Source: Anthoceros angustus (Eukaryota; Plantae; Anthocerotophyta). From it: 64,000 nucleotides of DNA. The translations under genes were made by a program, and so were the position numbers. Each line of letters opens with the position of its first letter. The first letter of the stretch is position 1. This document shows positions 14,100 to 24,819 of this stretch, one piece after another. The notes under the pieces were generated by a model. That model was given only the letters and a program-made list of their open reading frames with translations, had not been told where the DNA came from and did no database searches. The stretch is from assembly GCA_010909165.1 (NCBI GenBank), contig MU008206.1, positions 62,001-126,000 on the forward strand. The letters run 5' to 3'.

Positions 14100-17000
14100 A
14101 CACGCGGAATTGAAGGTGCAGAGACCGATTCAATGGGCGGTATCCTATGTGGAGTGTCCGCATGAGGCCTCTTGAAGCTCGACATGTGTGGGACGTGGTG
14201 TGTGGGAGCACTCCTCTAATGCCGATCGGTATGATCGGACAAATGGACACACTCTAATAATGTTGCCCGAGCTCTCCTCCATAGCCCAATTTGGCGGCGT
14301 TCTTGTACGGACATTGCTTACCTCACAAGTGCTGAGGAAATGTGGAAAAAGCTCGGTGGACACTTATGGCGTGAAGAACATGGTCACCATGTGTTACATG
14401 CAGTGGAAATTCATTCTCTCTTCGCATGCGTGAAGGTGATAAGGCAGCTACATTTGTAGGCAAGTTCAGACGGCTCGGTCACAATTCATTTCCCGTACCA
14501 TGGGTGAGCTTGATCTTTGACTTTTAACAAGCCTTCCACCCGACTATCAACCCTTTGTGTCTAGTTACCAAGCCACTCTTAGGGATCTTGGTAGAGCCTT
14601 AGCGGGGACAACGACTCGGCCTCATGAGGTAATAAGCTCTTTACCAAGAAGAACAAACCCGACAAGGAACACATACCTTCGAACCAAACCGACAAGGTGC
14701 TATTTTCCAAATCTAAGCAATCTGACAAAGGACCTCGTTCTCCACGATTTGGCGGTGCCAAGGATAACAAATCTAGCTCTACAAAGCGTCTTTGGATCTT
14801 GTAATTGGTGCGGTGCCAGACCCTTTGGAGCAGTCTGCGTGAAGAAATCTGGAGAACCTAAAAGGCCGAGAAGACTGCTAAACAGGCTGAGGCCCATACT
14901 GTCTCCAAGGATAAACCTTCTCAGGCTAGCTCTTCACAACGACAACCTGTGGTAATGACAACATGCCTTCGCTTCCACACATGGTGACTCTTGGTATCTC
15001 GACTCGGAGCCACCACACATACGCCACAATCGTTCTCTGTTGAGCAACTTTGTTCCCCTTTACACAGGCGTGTCTTTGGGGATGAGCTTACGGAAGCAGT
15101 GCGAAGATTTTGGCTCCTGCTCTACTTTCAGACAGTGATGGAAGCTTCTCCAACTCAACAACGTGCTTTTGTCACTGACATGGCCAAGCACCTTCGGTTA
15201 GTCGACTCATGAAATTACGTCGTTTCGAGCTTACCTTCACCTCTGCTTTGGTCTTGCTTTCTCGACGGGTTCTCAGTTAATATTGGCTCGAGGTATTCTT
15301 GAGGATGACAGTACAGTTAGACATCTGCTGCGTTCGATAAGAGTGTTCGGATAGCTGAAAAATCACAAGCTTCACTAGCTCAATTGTGGCATGCTCGTCT
15401 AGGTCACGCTGAGACAAGCTCATAAAAATGTCAAATCTTGAGTGCTATCGTGAACCCTTACCTAGGTGTTTTAAGGAGCTTCCCCTTTGCGAGTCTTGTG
15501 TCCTGGCTAAACAAAAGGAGCTTCCTTTCCCCAACACTCCAACTTTCAGAACCAGCCATGTCCTTGATCTTGTGCATGCCGACATATCTGGCAAGATTCA
15601 TGTTTCGTCCTTGGGTGGATCTCTTTATTAGTTGACCATCACTAACGACTACAGCCGTTACTCCTGGACGTATCCATTGAAGAAGAAGTTCGATACTTTT
15701 TCTTTCTTCCGGGAATGGCTGACCATGATTCAACGACAAACAGGGGGTTACCTTAAGTGCCTTCGCTCAGCAATGAGTGCAATTTTGTGAACTCTCGGTT
15801 TGATGAGTACCTCTCCACAAGGCATCACAGGCGCTTAGTATACCCTACACTCGGCGAATGGCGTTGCGAGGCCTTAATCTTTCAGACTTTATTAAATATG
15901 ACTCGGGGTATGCTAGCTTGGTGCCTTCACAAATCATCTTTTGAGGTACGTGTTCTGACTACCTACATCTGAATCGCCTCCTCCTCGCCTGTTGATCGAA
16001 CTCCTTTCGAGTTCTTTGGCAAAGGAAGCCTAGCCTCGCTCCACTTACGTGTCTTGGTTCTCCGACGTATGCTTACATACATGAGGAACAACGAAAAGCT
16101 TGAGGGCGGGGCCACGACCCCTTATTTTTGTGGGCTATGGTGAAATCAAAGCATATAAGCTTTATGACCGGTTTCACGAACTTCTCTTTTTGCCGAGGCG
16201 TTACCTTCAAGGAGATCACCGACCCTCAATGCCTTTGCTCCATTTTTGGATTACACTCACATGTTTTTGATGATTCTCCTTGGATTTTCCACAAGATGCC
16301 GTGTATGAATTGCCAGTGATTGTTCTCCCAATACACATTTCCTGCTAGCCCTTGAGGTGGATCACGGCATCTACAGCGATCCAGCGGCCAGTGTTTCAGA
16401 ATCGAACCGTGACAAATTTCACGGTAGTCGACAAACTCCACAAAGATTGCACAATCACCTCGGCCGTTTTCAGCCATCTCGACCGAGTCCACGGCATTTG
16501 CAGCAAAGTAGTGTACTTCGGCTCACTGCGCTCCTTCCGTTTGAAGAAGCTCGTGAGGATTTAGAGCGGCGGATGTAGCTATAAGAATCGGATTGAGACG
16601 ATCTGATCCACTGCTGATGATGAAGACGTGCCTAGTCGCGAGGGCTCCGTAAGTAGTGCACGACCCATTACCTACACAACCAACAGAGGAAGAGCGTAGA
16701 TACCCTACCCGTTCCGTCCTTCTAGAGAAAATTGGCAATATAAACCATATGAGCGAGGAGGACTTTAGAGCGACCTCGTTACATGATCCTGGTGAAGTCT
16801 TTTCATCCAGCACTTCTCATCCAGCTGAACCTCGCACATATAAAGAGGCAATCACAGGGAAGGATAAGCATCATTGGATTCCATCAATCCGAGGATGAAT
16901 ATGATTCTTTGATAAAAAATGAAACATGGGAACTACATCCTTACTGCTGGAAGGAAAACCGTGGCTGCAAGTGGGTATTCAAGCACAAATTAAATGCACA

Positions 17001-19910
17001 AGGAGAGATAGCACGTTACAAATCACGTTTGGTAGCTCGTGGCTTCTCTCAAGTTGCGGTGTTGATTTCAATGAGACTTTCAGCCACATTGTGAAGGCGC
17101 AATCCATCGATGATGTTGGCCCTTCTTTGCGGCCGTGATTGGGATCTTGAGCAGATGGACGTGTCAAGCTGCACTGTATGGAGAGTTAGAAGAAGACATC
17201 TATATGGATCAGCCCGAGGGCTTTGTGGATCTGAGCACGGTGGGTGCGCAAGCTCAAGAAGACTCTCTACGGGCTTAAGCGGGCGCGAGTGGTATAAATG
17301 CATTGATAAATACCTCAAATCCATTGGCTTTGTCGAATCGGTGGCCAATGTGTATATGTATACCAAAGGAGGCCACATTGTGATCTTGGCTCTATATGTC
17401 GGGCGCCATTTAACTAATAATCGAGAACTTGGAATGGGTCAAGAGTATGCTACACAAGCGTTCGACATGAAAGACAGGTCGACTCACATTTGTCCTTGGT
17501 GTTCGACATGCGTGTGCCAGGAAAACCGTATCTTGATTCTTCATCAAACCAAGTATGTGAATGAGACACCATTAAGCCTAGCCTCGCTCCACTTACGTGT
17601 CTTGGTTCTCCAAAGATATGCTTACATACATGAGGAACAACGAAAAGCTTGAGGAGGGGCACGACCCCTTATTTTTGTGGGCTATGGTAAGGAAATCAAA
17701 GCATATAAGCTTTATGACCCGGTTTCACGAACTCTTTTGTGAGCGTTACCTTCAAGGAGATCACCATCAACCGCCACCGCTCCATTTTTGGTTCGCTCAC
17801 ATGACTGCTTTTTGATGATTCTCCTTCGGATTTTCCACAAGATGCCGTGTATGAATTGCCAGCAGTTGTTCTCCCAATACCTGTTTCCGCTGCTAGCCCT
17901 TCAGGGGGTGGATCACAGCATCTACAATGATCAGCAGTGTTTCTAATCGCAGCAAATTTCATGGAGTCAAGAACTCCACAAAGGTCTGCACAATCACCTC
18001 AGCAGCCCGTTTTTCAGCCATCTCAGCCACAGAGTCCACAGCATTTGCAGCAAAGTAGTGTACTTCGACTCACCTCGCCTCGCTCCTTTACGTTTTGAAG
18101 AAGCTCGTGAGGATTTAGAGCCAGATGTAGCTATAGAATCGATCTGAGGTCGATCCACCCCGATGATGAAGACGTGCCTAGTGCGTAACCTGCGGATCAG
18201 AGTGCACGACCCATTACCTACACAACCAACAGAGGAAGAACGAGATACCCTACCCGTTCCGTCCTTCTAGAGAAAATTGGCAATATAAACCATATGAGCG
18301 AGGACTTTAGAGCGACCTTGTTACCGTCTCGAAGTCTTTTCATCCAAGACTTCTCATCCAGTAACCTCGCACATATAAAGAGGCAATCATGTGGAAGGAT
18401 AAGCATCATTGGATTCCATCAATCCGAGGATGAATATGACTCTTTGATAAAAATGAGACATGGGAACTCATCTTACACTGGAAGGAAAACCGTGAGTCGC
18501 AAGTGGGTATTCAAGCACAAATTAAATGCACAAGGAGAGATAGCACGTTACAAATCACGCTTTGGTAGCTCGTGGCTTCTCTCAAGTTGTGTGTTGATTT
18601 CAACGAGACTTTCAGCCGCTAGAAGACGCAATCCATCAAGATGATGTTGGCCCTTCCGCGCCGTGATTGGGATCTTGAACAGATGGACGTGTCAACTGCT
18701 TTTCTGTATGGAGAGTTAGAAGAAGACATCTATATGGATCAGCCCGAGGGCTTTGTGGACCCTGAGCACCCGGACTGGGTCTGCAAGCTCAAGAAGACTC
18801 TCTACGGGCTTAAGCAAAGCGCAAGGGAGTGGTATAAATGCATTGATAAATACCTCAAATCCATTGGCTTTGTCCAGAATCCAGCTGACGCCAATGTGTA
18901 TATGTATACCAAAGGAGGCCACATTGTGATCTTGGCTCTATATGTCGACGACGCCATTTTAGCTTCTAATAATCGAGAACTTCTGGAATGGGTCAAGAGT
19001 ATGCTACACAAGCGTTCGACATGAAAGACATAGTCACTCACATTTGTCCTTGGTGTTCGACAGCGTGATGTGGAAAACCGTATCTTGATTCTTCATCAAA
19101 CCAAGTATGTGAATGAGACACTTGCCGCTTCAACCTAGCGGATACGAGCCGATTAGTACAATTTTGCGAGCACGATGGGTCGAAGCTATCTATAGAGCAA
19201 TCTCCACAAGATGATGAGGAAAAAAGCAGCTATGAGCCGGTCCCTTACCGTCATGCGGTTGGATGTTTGAACTACATAGCATCTTTGGACACGTAGGATA
19301 TTACACGCCGTGAGCTCCGTTTCACAATATTTAGAGAACCGGGGGGATCATTGGATGGTACATTAGCGCATCCTTCGCTATTTAAAGGGCACATCCACTT
19401 ATGGGTTATGCTACAATGGAGCTGAGGATTCTAATATCATTCAAGGGTATGCTGATGCTGATTGGGCAACAGATCCGGACCAGCGTAGGAGTATCTCAGC
19501 TTATTGTTTTCTCCTTTCCGGCGCTGCGGTCAATTGGAGCTCAAAGAAGCAAGCCTCCGTAGCACTCTCCTCCACCGAAGCGGAGTATAAGGCTCTCACC
19601 GATTCAGCTAAGGAAGCCGAGTGGGAGCGGACTTTCCTCTCTGGCTTGAACTTTGCACAACCCGCTCCAACGACTATTTATTGTGATAATATGTCCACTA
19701 TTGCGCTTGTTGGGAATCCTCGGTTTCATGCCCGCACCAAGCATATCGAGATTGACATCACTTTGTTCGTCAACTGGGAGCAAGGTGATTCATATTGATT
19801 ATATACCCACGGAGCTAAATACCGCCGATATTCTTACGAAAGCTTACCTACCAACAAGCATTGTTTTCATTTGGAGTCCTTGGCTTGGTGGATTACACTT
19901 CCTCCTTGCC
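14100..19910 (+). pseudogene. Copia gag-pol, frameshifted, with internal duplication
   Basis: CNWC knuckle ~14800, protease WYLDS(G)ATTH ~14993, LWHARLGH ~15384, CESCVLAKQ, integrase LDLVHADISG, RT QMDVSTAFLYGELEE..LYGLKQS..LYVDD, RNaseH GYADADWA..SSTEAEY. Confidence 0.93.
16026..19140. repeat. Direct tandem duplication (~1.55 kb unit) inside Copia pol
   Basis: 16026-17574 is repeated at 17575-19140. Junction microhomology AA(G)CCTAGC. Confidence 0.9.
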
Positions 19911-19971
19911 TAGTTCCACATAACTTTAACTTGGCTATGGGATAATTCTAACCCACGTGGTTAAGGGGGTG

Positions 19972-20151
19972 TGTTAAACTGATAACCACATTTGCTGGTT
20001 ACTTAAGTTAGGGTTAGGTTAGCTTTATATGAACAGTTATTTATTCATTGTATTTAAGCAACACTTTACACTTAATTGATTAATGTTCTTTTGTGCAACT
20101 TGTGTGTCTCTCGCTCACCGCTCTAGCCAGCTAGTCTCTCTATTTTTCTCA
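19972..20151 (+). repeat. Copia 3' LTR
   Basis: Follows PPT AAGGGGGTG and matches the 5' LTR. Confidence 0.95.
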
Positions 20152-20520
20152 ACGTTGCTGTATGGGGGCCTTGGGAAGCTTAAGATGTGGCCGCGCCCCC
20201 TGTGAGGCCAGCTCTGTTTTAAGGGCCTCCTCGTGCACTGCAGCTCACTTTTATAAGTCACCCAAGGGTTAGAAAAGTAACTACCATTCTATCCTGCCCT
20301 TGGATGTGCCACGTGGCCCCTTTCCACCATTGATGTTAGTTTCCTAATTTCCTTATACTAAAATACCAATTTCCCTATTTTTCTAATTTCTAATTACTGA
20401 AAATTAGCCTCTAATTTCTTAATTACCTATTTTGGCCTATTTATCTAGTCCACTAAAAGACTCTATATATAGCAAGCCCATCCTGCCTAAAACATAAGCT
20501 ACCTTCCTTAGCAACCTATC

Positions 20521-20750
20521 TCCCACAGGTAGGACACCTCCTACCATGGTAGGCGTTTTCCTCTTCTCCTACCACGGTAGGAGTTACCTCATCTGGCAGG
20601 ATACCTTCCTACCCTCTCCTACCATGGTAGGAGCTATTCCTACACCGGTAGGTGATCAAAACACTAAAGGTGGTCATTCTCCTCTGGTGGTAGGATCTCT
20701 CCTACCCTCTCCTACCACGGTAGGAGTTTTCCTGGCCTGTGGTAGGACAC
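20521..20750. repeat. Cluster of 14-bp palindromes CCTACC-NN-GGTAGG
   Basis: Perfect copies at 20540, 20568, 20618 and 20711, a degenerate copy at 20639, plus half-sites. The same motif occurs at 8325, 8999, 10289 and 10327. Confidence 0.9.
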
Positions 20751-22699
20751 CCACGCCACTCATGTAGGTTACATTTTCTCCTCACCGAGGTCGTTTTGAC
20801 CCGCTTTCTTTTCCCCGCATATCCTTTCTACCTTCCCGACATGGTCCTACAACTCCCGCTCAAAAAGGAGCAAAAAATTTCCTTGCATGTCTTCACCAAA
20901 CCATTTCTAGCAAAAGAGCGTGGGCCTGTTTCAAAACGAACTCGTTTAAGCTAGTTGCCCAAACTTTTGCGTTCCACAGGGAGACTTTTCTTTAGAGGAG
21001 GACAGGCATAAATGCTTGTCAACCCAATAGGGGTGTGTTGACTAGCTAGATAGGAATGTTGACAAGAGCCATTAAGGCTCACATAGGTGAAGTTTGCTAG
21101 AATAGAATTTTACCCAAGATGCTTCAATGTCAGAACTTAAAGTGTGACAGTAGGATACACTAAAATAAGGAGTGAGGCAATGAGGCACACAGAGGAAGGC
21201 CAGGGAGGTTACAGGAGTGACCTCCTATAAAAGGAGGGGGGCTTGTGAAGTAAAATTATCGTGTCTTGCACTCCCATCCTCATGAGTCCTTCGCTTTGTG
21301 TGCGTGGAATTTCAGTGTTTACTGCAAGCCAATGCACCAGATCCGTAGAGAGGGAGAACGCGATGGTCGAAAAGAAGTGAGGGCTTGCTCTGGTGCGCCT
21401 CATGTACCGCCTTCCCTGTGAATGGTTGTCGGCACCATTTTGCTTTGAGTGTGTGGCGATGCTCAAGGAACTCTCGGCTTGAGGGTAGACTACAGGAAAG
21501 ACTCCTCGGAGGTTCTCAAGAAACCGTACAAACCAGACAGCAACTGCCCAAGGAAGAACTCAATATCCTGGATGGACCCTGTGCACAGTCAAGGCACAGC
21601 GAGTTGGAATTAATGAGCCAGCAATCGGTGTTAGAGTAGGAGATCATGGAGGAAGGAAGGTTAGATGAGTAGAGAAGAAGAGGGCGTTGTTGATTAAGAG
21701 AGTTGGAAGGAGAATTAGAGTGTAGGAAAATCGGAAGGCCACAGGCAGAGCCTAAGGGACGAATCCCAAATCTGCAGTAAGAGGGTGCTCCCTGTGTGTG
21801 GTCTTGGGAGTAGGGACGAAATTGTGGTGTGGGTCAGGGGGTCCCTGAGCGCCCGTGATAGACCCCTTGCTGCTAAGACATGACCTGCAATTGTGTGGTG
21901 TCGTTGTAGGTCGAGGATTTGTGAATTTACGAAGCAGTGCAGCCGGTGTAGCTGCTGTAGACACTACTAAAAACCAGGTGGGTATGTCACGTTTTTTTGT
22001 AACATATATCCATCCTATTGTTACATTATAATGTCCTTTGTAATTCGCTGTCGTCGTGCACCGAGCCACGAAAACGCCATATAATTAAATTGTTAGAAGG
22101 CGATCTGCTGTACGCTTTTGGTTCGGGGCGGTGGTTGGGCCCGGGCCAGGACTGTGGTTTGGGCGGGATTGGTTTTGCCCGCTCGACATGAAGGCGTCGC
22201 ACACATTTATGTGCACAAGCCACATTCACGCGCCCGCACGCCACCCCCGATGATGCGGGCGGACTGTGGACCGTGGATGCCCCTTTGTGGATGCTACACA
22301 TCACCTTTCGATTTCCCCCCAAGGTGTTCGGCTTCTCGACAAGTGTCATTTCGGCATAGGGTATTGCCAGCCTGCCACCTATTTTTCGCCCATCCGTATA
22401 CCTGCCGTATGTATCGTGAAAACATCTTGACGTATTTGTATGTATGAGGATTGTATGGACGAGGCTTGTATGTACTGTTCTGCATAGTTGGCATACACCA
22501 TCTCCAATAAAAGCATTAATTCCAGAGCATTTGTATATCGTTGTATCATGTATCATGGCCAGCAGTGAAGGCCAATGCACCATAAGTCATATGCATATGG
22601 CTATCTAATCGTACTCGCGAGCGGGATATTTGACGGCTTTGTCGCTCCGGATGCGTTTGCGGCCTTTGGCCTTTTCCGTTCGCGACCTTCTACACAATA

Positions 22700-24010
22700 T
22701 CGGTTTTACAAGCTGTCATCTTTGTGCATGATCCCGGCTTTGCGATGGAGGGTTCTCTCGACATGCATACACCAACACACCAAACACCGACGATGATGCA
22801 TCATACCGAAACAAGAAAGTGACAACATCAAGACCAATCTTACACAAGAAACCGATGACCCGCTTGCTTTCTCGGTGACGCCTTCCTTCGCTGCCCCGGC
22901 CCTTGTTATCGTGATTTCCATATGTGGGGCCACCCCTTTCGTCGGCAATTTTTCTTCCTTGCGGTTTTGGGTCGTCACTGACCTCGGTTCTTCCTGGAAT
23001 TGTGCAATTTCATCGTCAAAGTCACTCCCATCATCAACCGACCTACCTCCATCTCCTGCGCCGTCTTCCTCATGACCCTCCTCTTCTTCAGTCTCGGCTT
23101 CCCCTGCGTTCTCGTCCTCCTCGTCCTCTTCCCATTGTCCTCTTCCTCATCCTCTTCTTCCCTTCTCTTTCCCCTTCTTGCCCATCTTCCCCGTCCGCAT
23201 CCCCATTCTCGTCATCGTCATTGTCGTCATCGGATCGTGCTTCGTCACTTGACATTTGGTCCTCAAACACGCCATTACCTCCTACTTCATCCTCCTCCCG
23301 CTATCATCGTCACCTTCATCCGCCACATGTTCCCGGTCCGATCCTCAGATATCCTGTCGAAGTTTGGCAAGTGCCCATTTCCTTCCTTCCTCCTTCTTAG
23401 CTTTGCAGCGAAATCCTTCCACCGACCCTCCACCCCTTGCACATGATTCGGTTATGTTTTTCATAGGACGGAGAGCCCCAAATTCAAGCTCCTCAGTCGT
23501 TGGATCCCTCCCATGCTTCTGCTGGAACTTGTAGATCCATCCCTTCTTCCCACAACTGGCAGCATCATAGGCCTCGCCATCCGCCTTCTTGAGTCTTGCC
23601 TTTGCAGCTAGTTGAGCTTTGGAGGGCAAGAAGTTGCCATGTTGTCGAAGTTCAACCCGTGCCCATGTAAGCACCTCTTGCCATACCTTGTCATCCGCCA
23701 TGGGTGGCTTGAATTTTGAGGACTGTTCCCGCACTGCTTTTCCTCTAAGGCACAAGCCTTGGTTCATACATACCGCTGGTTCCGACTCCTTGTATGTTGG
23801 CTAAAAATGGGCAGCCCGCCCTTCACTCAAGTCCGAAGGCGTGCTGACATCTTCGCATAATGTCTTCCTCCTTGACTTTGACAACTCGCTCCACCTACCT
23901 AGTATCTCGTTGGTAGCCTTTGTCCGAATGAGTTCCAAAAATTCCTTGTGTCTTGGTCGCTAAGCCCCGAATAGCAACTCATTCACCTTGCCAACGCCTC
24001 CCGCCTCCTT
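22700..24010 (-). pseudogene. CACTA TnpA-like (Ptta/Transposase_24-type) ORF fragments
   Basis: 23345-23767 DKVWQEVLTW..AKAR..CGKKG..KHGRDPTTEEL fits the W..W/G/GRxPTxxEL pattern. It lies downstream of Tnp2 as expected and is followed by an acidic tail. Confidence 0.6.
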
Positions 24011-24819
24011 CCACTTCCTCATCCCGTGAGGTTGCGTTGCCACGGGTGCCATGGGTGGGCCACCGCCTCTCGAACCCACAACATTCCATGTTTTCTCACC
24101 AAACACTGAGTAGGCGATGTGTTGTCCATGGTAGAAGCCATCCGGTACTCTTCGTTGGCGGTGGTGCGGAGATCCGCCGATAAGATTTGAGTGCAATGTT
24201 CATGACATGTGATAAATGAGCTGCCTTTCAAATAACCCACAAAACCCCATGCACCCCGCCTTCCTCGCATGCAGTGGCGAGCGGTGGTCAATGACACACC
24301 ATTTTCACTGTAGCACAGCCCCGCTTGCCCACCAGCTGCAACAAAGCTCCGACCCCAAGCATTATGTGAGCAGCCGCGACGGTCAAGGGTCGTGATCGCG
24401 CATGTCCTTGACCTCCCCGCGAATCCTGCACTTCATCGGGTGGAGAAAGGTGAGCGAGTTGCGGGCGGGTTGGCAAACTTCCGCCTTCACCTCGGGGACG
24501 ACTGGATTGCATTGCCATTTGCCCCGAGAGTCCATACGTCAGGGAAATCGGGTACCTGCCAGCAGCCGGCGTCAGTTCTCATGGGCTTTTTGAATCGGCC
24601 ACTGGCTTCGAATGAGACGGGATCGCGGGGTCTTACCGTGTCTGGCAGTGTAGGATCTCCAGGCTGATCGGTATATGCCCACCCACTAGCGTGCAAGTCG
24701 GCCGACTGCGGAGAAGGGAGGTTGAATTCCTCAAGGCCGCCACCTGCAATGTTCACAGCCATTCTCCTCATGTTCCCGACCACCATGACTGACTTAGTGC
24801 GCCAAGCATGTGTGACTTA

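Larger units (their letters stand above)
11913..20151 (+). mobile_element. Full-length Ty1/Copia LTR retrotransposon
   Basis: Direct LTRs 11913-12088 and 19972-20151 (TG..CA). PBS TGGTATCAGAGC and PPT AAGGGGGTG. TSD GCGTT/ACGTT with 1 mismatch. Domain order is protease-integrase-RT-RNaseH. Confidence 0.96.
7970..20978 (-). mobile_element. Module B: ~4.1-4.8 kb retroelement-like segment (interrupted by Copia 11913-20151) with its own TATA and one ORF
   Basis: Minus strand begins TGTGGAACGCAAAAGTTTGGG at 20978 and ends GGGGCAAGATGCCAC at ~7971. TATAAAAG at ~20248-20255. The sequence is continuous across the Copia TSD, and the same palindromic motif occurs on both sides of the Copia. Confidence 0.55.

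Noticed and set aside
20521-20750. CRISPR-like array of palindromic repeats
   Set aside because: The repeats are only 14 bp, spacing is irregular (28, 50, 21, 72 bp), the spacers are partly self-similar, there are no cas genes, and the context is a eukaryotic TE.
23345-23767. CENP-B-type HTH captured in a CACTA (GWIYKFQQKHG)
   Set aside because: The wider context (DKVW..W, GKKG, GRDPTTEEL) and its position after Tnp2 fit the ordinary TnpA/Transposase_24 ORF better.
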